From a virus, in the IMG/VR virus record IMGVR_UViG_3300031760_004528, positions 1 through 24,480 of that record: a stretch of 24,480 nt of DNA. One strand, given 5' to 3'. A program made the translations under genes and the position numbers. Positions 1-8,017 of this stretch are shown here, one piece after another. Position 1 is the first letter of the stretch; every line of letters starts with the position of its first letter. The notes beneath the pieces are model-generated. The model had not been told where the DNA came from. It made no database searches and saw only the letters and a program-made list of their open reading frames with translations.

Positions 1-76
1 GGTCTGATCCACAATGGTTGCAATGCAATCTGTACTGTTTCCATAGTTTCCCATCTTTTTCATTCAATCGTTTCAT
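1..76 (-). CDS. Partial small CxxC (zinc-finger-like) protein, runs off the left edge
   Basis: Manual translation MKRLNEKDGKLWKQYRLHCNHCGSD...; RBS AGGTGA upstream. Confidence 0.6.
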   Translation of the reverse strand, partial: MKRLNEKDGKLWKQYRLHCNHCGSD

Positions 77-78
77 TC

Positions 79-819
79 TCATTTCACCTTTTTCGGTCTA
101 CCCCTTTTCCTATTGTATTTCTTCCTTGCTTGTAATCTTCTCATTTCTAACTCCTTTCGGTTTCTTTCCCAAAATTTCTGCTCAAAATGAAAAATAGTTC
201 TTTTGTACTGGTATTCCCCATCAGTCTGCAATTGCATCTGCCTTAACTGTTCCCATAATTGTGGCTCATTCTTCCAAATGTAATAAAGTTCATCTACCTT
301 TTGCAAAGGACACATCCAACAATTGTAATGTGAATGATGTTCATAATTGCCACCGAAGTCAAAGCCATAATCCTTGCAAAGTTTCAAGGCATCTTCGTTA
401 GTGATATTCGCTTCAACAAGTGGATATTCAACATCATATGCAGAATATAATGGTTTACCAGTTCGCTTCTCTTCATCACTACAATATCCTATGTATTGCA
501 CAATGCTCTCTCTCTCTCCATATTTGTCTTTGATGTAATCTCTCATCATTACTCTCTTGATTCCAGTACACCAACGATTAAGTATACTTGGGAATCCCCA
601 TCTTTGAAATCCTTTTGAAATTTCATCAGTAGCATTTAGGATTGTTATCTTGACTCCTAATGTTTCTTCAACTTGTCTTATATGGTCTTTTGCATTGACC
701 CACATCCAATCGCCGACATCGACATAAATTATATCATCGATTTGTGCATTGTTTTTTAATAGGTGGATTAGCATTGCAGTAGAATCTTTTCCACCACTAT
801 AACATAGTATCTTTTTCAT
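79..819 (-). CDS. PAPS reductase family (PP-loop, probable Fe-S) protein
   Basis: PP-loop YSGGKDS, RWCT..KR, YPL, and C-terminal NCWMCP (CxxC). Confidence 0.85.
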   Translation of the reverse strand: MKKILCYSGGKDSTAMLIHLLKNNAQIDDIIYVDVGDWMWVNAKDHIRQVEETLGVKITILNATDEISKGFQRWGFPSILNRWCTGIKRVMMRDYIKDKYGERESIVQYIGYCSDEEKRTGKPLYSAYDVEYPLVEANITNEDALKLCKDYGFDFGGNYEHHSHYNCWMCPLQKVDELYYIWKNEPQLWEQLRQMQLQTDGEYQYKRTIFHFEQKFWERNRKELEMRRLQARKKYNRKRGRPKKVK

Positions 820-956
820 TCAAACACCACCTTGTTGTTTAATTCGGCTATTTCTTGGTAGTTTTCAATGATGTCTTTTTGCAATCGGTTAATCAGTTTC
901 AATCTACGATTTTCCCTTTCCAATCTGCAAATCTTTTTGTCTTTATCTTCAGTCAT
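816..956 (-). CDS. Small coiled-coil hypothetical protein (46 aa)
   Basis: Manual translation MTEDKDKKICRLERENRRLK...VVFE*; its stop overlaps the next start (ATGA). Confidence 0.6.
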   Translation of the reverse strand: MTEDKDKKICRLERENRRLKLINRLQKDIIENYQEIAELNNKVVFE

Positions 957-1033
957 TCTAACCATCTCTGAATATAATATAATAATCCGATTAGCATTAA
1001 ACCGATTATGGTTAATCCTATTGTATCATTCAA
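953..1033 (-). CDS. Putative 26-aa membrane micropeptide (TTG start)
   Basis: Manual translation (M)NDTIGLTIIGLMLIGLLYYIQRWLE*; fills the gap and its stop overlaps the next ATG. Confidence 0.4.
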   Translation of the reverse strand: MNDTIGLTIIGLMLIGLLYYIQRWLE

Positions 1034-1037
1034 TGTT

Positions 1038-1265
1038 CTACTCTCCCACTTCTTTTAATATTCTGTCTTGTACCTTTAACTGATATTGTGTAAGGTCAAT
1101 TATCTTTTGCAATCGTTCAATTTCGGCTTGTTGCTTGTTAATCGTGTCTTGTTGCTCCATCAGTATGTTTATGAGTTCTTGGAGATTGTATTCCTTGCCA
1201 GTTTCATCACGAACACAATTAATCACATCACCATAAAATAAGACTTCAAATCGTTTCTCATTCAT
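1038..1265 (-). CDS. Hypothetical coiled-coil protein (MxEKRF-start family)
   Basis: ORF track; start refined to MNEKRF, which overlaps the upstream stop (ATGA); C-terminal coiled coil. Confidence 0.7.
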   Translation of the reverse strand: MNEKRFEVLFYGDVINCVRDETGKEYNLQELINILMEQQDTINKQQAEIERLQKIIDLTQYQLKVQDRILKEVGE

Positions 1266-1423
1266 TTTATTGAACACTCCTTTGTATACTCTTTATTCAA
1301 TCTTTTGAATACTGTGTAACGAAATTTTTCACAATCACCTAATTCCTTTCGCAATTGCTCATTCTCTTCTGCTAATTCCTTTGCCTTGTTTCGCCAGTAA
1401 TCTCTGCTTATCTCTGTTTTCAT
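1262..1423 (-). CDS. Small coiled-coil hypothetical protein (53 aa), not in the ORF track
   Basis: Manual translation MKTEISRDYWRNKAKELAEENEQLRKELG...CSIK*; GGTGA RBS; stop coupled to the next start. Confidence 0.6.
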   Translation of the reverse strand: MKTEISRDYWRNKAKELAEENEQLRKELGDCEKFRYTVFKRLNKEYTKECSIK

Positions 1424-1904
1424 TTATATTCACCATTTTTCGTTCCAATAATACTGGCTTGTCAGTCCAGTTTCCTACAAATGAGTCATTATATTCCCAC
1501 TTTTTTTCCATTCCATCATAATGTTTCCAAATCTCTTCAAAGCATTGATTATCACTATCAAAGGTTTTTTCTATTGCTTTTTCAAGACAATTGAAATAAT
1601 AAATAAATTCTTTTGTCTTTTTAGACCAGTAATCTCTTCTTTCTTTCAACTGCTCATTCTCTTCTTGCAACTTCTGTATCTGTTCATACTGTTCAATATT
1701 GGTCGGTTTTAATAATTTTATCTCTTCTTCCAACTCTTCGATGGTGGATTGTTGCTCATTCAACAAATCCACTACATCATCTTCTGTACTAATATACCAA
1801 TCATTAACCCTATCTTTTATAAAAACTTCATTTACTGCTTTCCCATAATTCTTAATAGGTTTAAATCGTTTGCTTGAATTAACAAATCGTTTCTCACTCA
1901 TCAT
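1359..1904 (-). CDS. Hypothetical coiled-coil protein (MxEKRF-start family)
   Basis: ORF track; LLNEQ...ENEQLK coiled-coil segment; exact start among tandem ATGs uncertain. Confidence 0.75.
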   Translation of the reverse strand: MMSEKRFVNSSKRFKPIKNYGKAVNEVFIKDRVNDWYISTEDDVVDLLNEQQSTIEELEEEIKLLKPTNIEQYEQIQKLQEENEQLKERRDYWSKKTKEFIYYFNCLEKAIEKTFDSDNQCFEEIWKHYDGMEKKWEYNDSFVGNWTDKPVLLERKMVNINENRDKQRLLAKQGKGISRRE

Positions 1905-2001
1905 CAATCACCATAATGTTCGGATATTTATAACTCCAATATGCCAAGACCAAAGAAAGAACCAACACAATTACAAATTCAATAAATGGTACACTCATCA
2001 T
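1894..2001 (-). CDS. 35-aa membrane micropeptide
   Basis: Manual translation MMSVPFIEFVIVLVLSLVLAYWSYKYPNIMVIDDE*; AAGGAG RBS; one hydrophobic helix. Confidence 0.55.
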   Translation of the reverse strand: MMSVPFIEFVIVLVLSLVLAYWSYKYPNIMVIDDE

Positions 2002-2496
2002 TTATGCTCTCCTTAAATACTTATTAGACCAACTATACTTTTCGTGTCCATCGTAAACACAGAAATCCGAATCACAATGAAAACAACTGATTTCTTGCTC
2101 ATATCTGCTACCATACTTATGCTTGTTACCCAAAGTACCATAACGATGACAATTAGGGCAATAATTCACATAAGACCTTGTAAACCATCGATAAGGGATA
2201 TGATTCCTTGCACATCGGCTACAACTTGGCTTACCAGTTATAGTGATAGTATGATATTTAGGCTTGATGGTATGTATCACATCATTATGTTTCACCACGA
2301 TAACACTTGCACTTTCATTTACTGTAACAATGCTACTATTATTCATAACAATAGTGCCTTTTGGTATGTTATGTGGCAAGGAAGATTCATTGATATTACT
2401 AATCTCATCTGCACTATCCAATGCCATACAAAAGCTTAACAGCACAATCACGATGAAAATTCCTAATAATAAACCTTTAATGTTGTCTTTAATCAC
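2002..2496 (-). CDS. Membrane-anchored Cys-rich (probable metal-binding) protein
   Basis: N-terminal hydrophobic helix; C-terminal CSRC, CPNC, CFHC and further Cys. Confidence 0.75.
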   Translation of the reverse strand: MIKDNIKGLLLGIFIVIVLLSFCMALDSADEISNINESSLPHNIPKGTIVMNNSSIVTVNESASVIVVKHNDVIHTIKPKYHTITITGKPSCSRCARNHIPYRWFTRSYVNYCPNCHRYGTLGNKHKYGSRYEQEISCFHCDSDFCVYDGHEKYSWSNKYLRRA

Positions 2497-2789
2497 TCTC
2501 CCATCATATCATTAAACAATTCCATATTCTCAATCTTGAAACGAATAGTAACCAAATACTCCATCTCCCAAAGCCCAACCAATTTACCACTTTGGGGATT
2601 AAGGATTTGAAAATCACCCAATCCAAATTCGTGCATATGTCTGAAGAGTCCAGTAGGAATCTGATAACCATTGTGTATATAATAATAACCTTTCGTATCA
2701 ATCTCATACACATCAGAAACATCACTCACCTTACGAATATCTTCAACATCAAGATCCCCATCAAAGAACTCTCTTAACTTTTCAATCAA
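2493..2789 (-). CDS. Hypothetical protein
   Basis: ORF track; AGGTGA RBS; tiles with neighbours. Confidence 0.65.
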   Translation of the reverse strand: MIEKLREFFDGDLDVEDIRKVSDVSDVYEIDTKGYYYIHNGYQIPTGLFRHMHEFGLGDFQILNPQSGKLVGLWEMEYLVTIRFKIENMELFNDMMGE

Positions 2790-2795
2790 ACAATA

Positions 2796-3089
2796 TCACC
2801 TTTCAACAAATTGAAAACATTCATCCACTTCAGAAACATCACAATCATAAGCCAAGCAATTGTTATTATCAAAGAACTGACAATTGCAACAGAAATCAAT
2901 CGCTTCAATCCACACTTGCTCTGTTTCCTTTTCATTTAAATCATTACCATCATTATCCTTGCAGATATAGGAAATGCTCACATCATCCACATATAAATCA
3001 TCAATGGTCTTAACACCAACTTTTGCCTTTGGATTAAAGCACTTCAACTCATTAATCAACTTTTCCACATTCACTCTTTCAACTCCCAA
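2796..3089 (-). CDS. Hypothetical protein with C-terminal Cys cluster
   Basis: ORF track; CCNC...C...C...C; true start may be a slightly downstream GTG. Confidence 0.65.
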   Translation of the reverse strand: MGVERVNVEKLINELKCFNPKAKVGVKTIDDLYVDDVSISYICKDNDGNDLNEKETEQVWIEAIDFCCNCQFFDNNNCLAYDCDVSEVDECFQFVER

Positions 3090-4015
3090 TGGTCAAAGAT
3101 ATGCTTGATAACTGGAACAGTAACTGCATTACCAATACACTTGTATCTCTGACTATCACTAATCTCTTCACCATCTTTGCCAAATTTAGTCCAATTGTCA
3201 TCGAATCCTTGCAATCGCTCACATTCCAAAGGTGTCAAGTATCTGACACGAAGATCAGGCATTACCACACCCCAAATCTTACCAGTCTGCAAAGCACCAC
3301 AATAGGCTTCTCTAACAATCCCTTTAGCAACTTTTCTCCTTGCACGATTCAACAAAACACCATCATAAACATAGGCTTCCTTATAACCTTTTTTAGTGGT
3401 TTCACGAATCTTCAAGTATTCATTAGGTCTTTCAGTACGATTAGGATTAACTAATCGACTATTAGAGCATCGGCTAAATAAGGGGTTATGTAATATTTCT
3501 CTTCCACATCGTTCTCTAAAATATCCTTTAAGGAATACTCTTTCTCTATAATGGGAAGTTCCAAAGTCTTTGCTATTAAGCAATTGCCATTCAACATCAT
3601 ACCCCATCTTGGCAAGAATTTGAAGAATTCTCTTGAAAGTATGTCCATCGTTGTTAGATAATAGACCCCTAACATTTTCCAATAAAAAATATTTGGGTTG
3701 GCAGTCTTTGAGAATTCGTGCAATTTCAAAGAATAATGTTCCCCTTGTATCATTAAATCCTTGTTTTTTTCCACTATTACTGAATGATTGACAAGGGAAT
3801 CCTCCAACCAACAAGTCAAAATTTGGTAATTCATCTGTTCTGATTTCTCTGACATCTCCCAAGTTTGTATGGTTTGGGAAGTGTCTACTGTAAATTGAGT
3901 TTGCAATTTCATCAATCTCCGAATGGTATATGCAGTTCAAGTTTTCTGCATTTTTGCTTTTCTGTATTCCTAATTCAAATCCACCTATGCCACTAAAAAG
4001 GCTAATGTAATCCAT
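3071..4015 (-). CDS. C5-cytosine DNA methyltransferase (orphan)
   Basis: Motifs FSGIGG (I), GFPCQ (IV), ENV (VI), RERVF (VIII), RYLTPLECERLQGF (IX), GNAV (X); start refined to MDYISLF. Confidence 0.95.
   Translation of the reverse strand: MDYISLFSGIGGFELGIQKSKNAENLNCIYHSEIDEIANSIYSRHFPNHTNLGDVREIRTDELPNFDLLVGGFPCQSFSNSGKKQGFNDTRGTLFFEIARILKDCQPKYFLLENVRGLLSNNDGHTFKRILQILAKMGYDVEWQLLNSKDFGTSHYRERVFLKGYFRERCGREILHNPLFSRCSNSRLVNPNRTERPNEYLKIRETTKKGYKEAYVYDGVLLNRARRKVAKGIVREAYCGALQTGKIWGVVMPDLRVRYLTPLECERLQGFDDNWTKFGKDGEEISDSQRYKCIGNAVTVPVIKHIFDHWELKE
3451..3855 (-). CDS. Overlapping alternative-frame ORF inside the C5-MTase gene (resembles the M.EcoHK31I beta-type polypeptide)
   Basis: Open frame of 134-154 codons in AT-rich DNA on the same strand as the MTase; contains WGMMLNG and SLKDILENDVEEKYYIT. 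Family resemblance is from recall. Confidence 0.55.
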   Translation of the reverse strand: MSEKSEQMNYQILTCWLEDSLVNHSVIVEKNKDLMIQGEHYSLKLHEFSKTANPNIFYWKMLGVYYLTTMDILSREFFKFLPRWGMMLNGNCLIAKTLELPIIEKEYSLKDILENDVEEKYYITPYLADALIVD

Positions 4016-4151
4016 CGTTATCACTATCTTTTTGCTCACTATAATAATACAAATCTGCACGAACATCTTGCAAATCGCTAATGATAGCAAGTTCAACAAT
4101 AAGTATTATTAAACCAATGAAAAAATTACACAATAACAAAAATTCACTCAT
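4002..4151 (-). CDS. 49-aa single-pass membrane protein, not in the ORF track
   Basis: Manual translation MSEFCYCVIFFIGLIILIVELAIISDLQDVRADLYYYSEQKDSDNDGLH*; AAGGAG RBS. Confidence 0.6.
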   Translation of the reverse strand: MSEFLLLCNFFIGLIILIVELAIISDLQDVRADLYYYSEQKDSDNDGLH

Positions 4152-4204
4152 ACTATAACTCCTTCGTAAACATACGAACAATCAAAACTCAACTACCAAA
4201 ATTT

Positions 4205-4933
4205 TCAAACCTCTGCAAAGTATTGGTGGCATTTCACAAGTCTGTTTTGGTTTACTGTTATCAACTGCCAACTTGGTGGCTCTAACTGTAAGTATTGTTG
4301 GTCTGGGTAACCATCGTAGCCCAAGAAATGCCCACAATATCCATAAAATATTTGTTTATAACCAGTAGGAAACCTTTTAAACTCCGACCACCAAATATTT
4401 TTATGATTATGACCCTCAAGGTACATATCTGCAACAATATGTTCAGTATTTCTCTCCAATTTCCCCATAGCCAATGGTTTGGTCTTTGATGAACCTTTAC
4501 CGTGCCTACAAAAAATACTGAAGTCAAAATCATTAATAGAAAATGTATCTAAATTCTGATTGCAATAAGTAATCCCCAATTCTCTACACATATCTTTAAC
4601 AATATTGAAACCAAATTCCTTGTTTAATCGGTATTCGTGATTACCAATACAATAACAAACAATATCATCTTTGAATGGTTTGATATTGTTGATAAAATAT
4701 TCTCTCTGCTCTTCAACAGTACACTCTTGCCCATAAGCACTATCCCCAACATTCTTACTTGCAACTTCCAACATATCACCAAGCAAATAGATTCGGCGAT
4801 TTTTAAGAGGTTTTATAGTTTTAAGCATTTGCTTAAATAAATCTTTATTAAAAGTAGGGTTGCCTATGTGCAAATCTGAAATAGGAATGATATTCACTAC
4901 TGTTTTTGAGTTCAAAGCATATTCATTCTTCAA
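4205..4933 (-). CDS. Calcineurin-like metallophosphoesterase
   Basis: Motifs DLH, GD, GNHE, HG, GHNH in the canonical order. Confidence 0.9.
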   Translation of the reverse strand: MKNEYALNSKTVVNIIPISDLHIGNPTFNKDLFKQMLKTIKPLKNRRIYLLGDMLEVASKNVGDSAYGQECTVEEQREYFINNIKPFKDDIVCYCIGNHEYRLNKEFGFNIVKDMCRELGITYCNQNLDTFSINDFDFSIFCRHGKGSSKTKPLAMGKLERNTEHIVADMYLEGHNHKNIWWSEFKRFPTGYKQIFYGYCGHFLGYDGYPDQQYLQLEPPSWQLITVNQNRLVKCHQYFAEV

Positions 4934-4939
4934 TTATAT

Positions 4940-5272
4940 TCACCTTTTCCTTTGTTTTATTCCTAATCTTCGTAGTTCGCCTCTGATTTGTCTTAATTCA
5001 TCATCAAAGTTTTCTTTTCGTTTTTCTGTTATGTATCCAGTTCCATTTTCTTTTGGTTTTATCCATTTGGTTCTTTTCCATTCGTTTTTTTGGTCTTGTA
5101 GTGCTTTGGCACTACAGTCTTTGCAACAGTATACTTGTCTATGGTGAGTTGGTGTATAGTAATTGCCACAATAATGGCATTTTTTCACTATACTTGCTTT
5201 ATTTAAATGCAACACTTCACCATTCGTATACTTCGACCTTAAACATTGGATTTCCTTGTACGATAATTTCAT
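4940..5272 (-). CDS. Zinc-finger protein
   Basis: CHYC...YCCKDC; basic C-terminus. Confidence 0.75.
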   Translation of the reverse strand: MKLSYKEIQCLRSKYTNGEVLHLNKASIVKKCHYCGNYYTPTHHRQVYCCKDCSAKALQDQKNEWKRTKWIKPKENGTGYITEKRKENFDDELRQIRGELRRLGIKQRKR

Positions 5273-5511
5273 TATTCATCATCTTCCATCCAATCGTACT
5301 CATCATCAGTTTCATCTTCATTGAAACCAAGTTCAAAATCGTAATGGTGGAAACATATCTCATTCAGTAACAAAAATATCACAAGAGTTATGCTCCAGTA
5401 GTAACTGCCAGTAGCACCAGTACAATCTGCTACAAACAACCCAACAAGGATCATCGCAACTTGACATAATAAGAAGATGAAAAAAAGAATGAAATAAAAG
5501 ATTGGATTCAT
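5272..5511 (-). CDS. Small two-helix membrane protein with acidic tail
   Basis: Two hydrophobic segments followed by a D/E-rich C-terminus. Confidence 0.7.
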   Translation of the reverse strand: MNPIFYFILFFIFLLCQVAMILVGLFVADCTGATGSYYWSITLVIFLLLNEICFHHYDFELGFNEDETDDEYDWMEDDE

Positions 5512-5789
5512 TCACTATCACCAATTTCCTTAAGCATAATTTGGAACAATCTTTTTTTCATATCAATTTCATTTCTTAACTTGTGATAATGCACTCTTCT
5601 ATCCCCAATTTCCATTTCAATGTAAGCATCTTTCTCTGCAACTGTAGGTTTTGCTTTACCAATTGCAGTTGCCCAGTCAGTATTCAATAAAAGATTTGCT
5701 TTGTCTTGTTCATAATCTCCTTTAAATTCCCAGTATCCATCTTCTAACTCTTCAATCTCTTCGTTAAGTTTTCTTATCTCATCGTTCAT
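5508..5789 (-). CDS. Hypothetical helical protein
   Basis: ORF track; coupled to both neighbours. Confidence 0.7.
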   Translation of the reverse strand: MNDEIRKLNEEIEELEDGYWEFKGDYEQDKANLLLNTDWATAIGKAKPTVAEKDAYIEMEIGDRRVHYHKLRNEIDMKKRLFQIMLKEIGDSE

Positions 5790-6177
5790 TGTAATTCCTC
5801 ATTGGTTTTATTTTAAGTTCCTTTCGGATCTTGTTTAACTGGTTTTTATCCCAGTTCACTTTTATTAATTCTTTCTTCACTTTCCTTGCAATTTCCAATG
5901 TTTCATAATTGCCAAAATACACATTGTTTTTCCTTATGATGAACCCTTTTCTACCTTTTAATATGCTAATGTAAGTATCGTGGAAATCTCTATGTGCCTT
6001 TTTTCTTGGAAGTCCAGTTGCTTTCTTTGAAAAACCATCTTTTCGTATTATTTTTCGCATAATCCACCTATACTGTCTTGGAGTAAGTGTGTATTTCGCT
6101 TGAAGATTATAAGCACTCATTCCTTGATCCAAATCTTTTAGAAAGTTAGTCCAGTTTATCGTTGGCTCTACCATCAT
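5779..6177 (-). CDS. Putative DNA-binding protein (HTH-like N-terminus, AP2-like YFGxY...A motif)
   Basis: Basic composition; NVYFGNYETLEIARKVKKEL; assignment by resemblance only. Confidence 0.55.
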   Translation of the reverse strand: MMVEPTINWTNFLKDLDQGMSAYNLQAKYTLTPRQYRWIMRKIIRKDGFSKKATGLPRKKAHRDFHDTYISILKGRKGFIIRKNNVYFGNYETLEIARKVKKELIKVNWDKNQLNKIRKELKIKPMRNYNER

Positions 6178-6183
6178 CGTTTT

Positions 6184-6414
6184 TCACCTATATCGGTAAA
6201 GTTTACTATTGTTACTCTGTTTTTGCACTTCTAAATCACGAAAGTAATTCTTTTTCAAAATGTTGCTCACTTTCGCAGATGATAATCCTTTACCTAATTT
6301 GCCAAGTTTGAAATCGTTTCCTTGTAGAAATTCACTTATTTCTTTTGCAGAAATCCACTTGCCCTTATTAAGTACAAAGTAGCATTTGATTACTCCTTTG
6401 GCTCTTTCTTCCAT
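6184..6414 (-). CDS. Small basic, possibly winged-helix protein
   Basis: WISAKEIS...LSSAKVSNIL...LYRY pattern. Confidence 0.55.
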   Translation of the reverse strand: MEERAKGVIKCYFVLNKGKWISAKEISEFLQGNDFKLGKLGKGLSSAKVSNILKKNYFRDLEVQKQSNNSKLYRYR

Positions 6415-6420
6415 CAGTTA

Positions 6421-6978
6421 TCACATCCTCTCTGTTCTGATAATGTAATGTGATGCTCTGAAGTCATCTTCGTACTTGGATGCAGTTGTCTTGTCTTGGT
6501 CTTGGTAATGATTACTTGAATAACTGTATTCCCTATCATTCTCTTGTTCAAGTTTTTCTACTACAAGTTGGCAAATCCTACAACCATCTTCTAATACGAT
6601 TGGGTATTTGTTCAAGTTCACAATTTCCAATGTGATATGACCCTTAAAATTAGGGTCTATGAAACCACTTGTAATATGCACTAATAACCCAATCCTTGCA
6701 AGACTTGAAACTCCCTCTACTCTGCCAACATAACCATTCGGTATATGCACCTTTTCCAATGTACTGATTAATACCAATTCATTCGGTGGTATTACAACAC
6801 GATTAAAGTTTTCCACCACATCTGTTTCATCGGCTAATGGTGGAACTATAACACCTTTGTTTAACCTAAAGTGTAAATCAATACTGCTTGGTTGCAAATA
6901 CAATGAATTAAAAGGTTGTATGAAATCAGAATGTTCTTTCTGCAACTCCATTAAACCCACATCTGAAAGGATGCTCAT
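6421..6978 (-). CDS. dcd: dCTP deaminase (trimeric dUTPase/dCTP deaminase superfamily)
   Basis: QPSSIDL, SSLARIG, FIDPNFKGHITLEI, RICQL, YQDQ; start refined to MSILSD behind a GGTGA RBS. Confidence 0.88.
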   Translation of the reverse strand: MSILSDVGLMELQKEHSDFIQPFNSLYLQPSSIDLHFRLNKGVIVPPLADETDVVENFNRVVIPPNELVLISTLEKVHIPNGYVGRVEGVSSLARIGLLVHITSGFIDPNFKGHITLEIVNLNKYPIVLEDGCRICQLVVEKLEQENDREYSYSSNHYQDQDKTTASKYEDDFRASHYIIRTERM

Positions 6979-6979
6979 C

Positions 6980-7252
6980 TTATTCACCATCCTTTTTAAA
7001 CCATATATTGAAATTGTTACTCATTGTAGTGGTGTGGATTTCTTTTATCTCTCCAAACTCCTCTTCAAATGCTCTTAACAATTCCATTGGTAAAAAATCA
7101 ACAGTCCAAATTATGATAAATCTATCTTGGTTGAAATTGAACCAAGCAAGACTCCTATCGTAGCCATATTTTTCAAGTATGGCTTCCAGTTTCAATCCTA
7201 ATTCATTTTGCAAGGATTGTAACTGCTCCCTAATCTCAAAATACTTATCCAT
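6980..7252 (-). CDS. Hypothetical protein
   Basis: ORF track; AGGTGG RBS. Confidence 0.7.
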   Translation of the reverse strand: MDKYFEIREQLQSLQNELGLKLEAILEKYGYDRSLAWFNFNQDRFIIIWTVDFLPMELLRAFEEEFGEIKEIHTTTMSNNFNIWFKKDGE

Positions 7253-7261
7253 TTATTCCAC

Positions 7262-8017
7262 CTAAACTAATCTCTTCTGTTCATTTACTTCGTTTATTCT
7301 CTGCTTTGCAATGTTATAATAATTTTCATCTAATTCTATACCTATAAAATCCCTTTTTAACTCTTGACAAGCAACACCAGTAGACCCACTCCCCATAGTG
7401 AAATCCAAAACAATATCGCCATCATTAGAATAAGTCTTAATAAGATATTTCAATAAATCAACTGGCTTTTGAGTAGGATGAACCCTATTCTGCCCATTAC
7501 ACTCTTTTGCCTTTGCATTGAACTTTACAATGTTTGTAGGATATTTCATTTTAGTAAATTTAACTGGAACTGCCTTATAATCATTATACACATTAGGATT
7601 AGTATTAGTAGATGTCCGATTATGATTCTCTTCCTTACCCTCCCACATTATAGGATTATAAGTGCATTGTTTATCATAAAAAACCATAATATTCTCATAT
7701 TGTCGCATAGGTTGTTTCTTTGCATTTAAATGCCCACTTCTAACTACCTTATCCCATATAAAATCATATTTATAATTCTTAATGTTGCTTAATCGTACTT
7801 TGCTACTGTAAGGTTCGTTACCAAATAGGATTACTGGTGCAGTTTCTTTTTTGAGTTGGTTTAAGCAATCCCACATCTCATCTAAATGTACCATTATATC
7901 CCATTTGCATTGGGTTATATTGTAAGGAGGGTCTGTTAAAACCAAATCAACTTTGACATCTTTTTTGATAAGGTCTTGCATAACCTCCAAGCAGTCGCCA
8001 TTAATTAATTTAATCAT
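7262..8017 (-). CDS. N4-cytosine/N6-adenine DNA methyltransferase (beta class, orphan)
   Basis: DPPY catalytic motif N-terminal to HPTQKP and the SAM-binding VLDFTMGSGSTG. Confidence 0.93.
   Translation of the reverse strand: MIKLINGDCLEVMQDLIKKDVKVDLVLTDPPYNITQCKWDIMVHLDEMWDCLNQLKKETAPVILFGNEPYSSKVRLSNIKNYKYDFIWDKVVRSGHLNAKKQPMRQYENIMVFYDKQCTYNPIMWEGKEENHNRTSTNTNPNVYNDYKAVPVKFTKMKYPTNIVKFNAKAKECNGQNRVHPTQKPVDLLKYLIKTYSNDGDIVLDFTMGSGSTGVACQELKRDFIGIELDENYYNIAKQRINEVNEQKRLV

Noticed and set aside
79-819. Complete Dnd/Ssp phosphorothioation system
   Set aside because: Only one PAPS-reductase-fold gene; no cysteine desulfurase, DndD/E or SspB/C in the window.
6421-6978. Inactive dCTP deaminase because GRSS reads GVSS
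   Set aside because: The Ser, Arg (SSLAR) and Glu (TLE) associated with catalysis are retained, so one substitution is not enough evidence.
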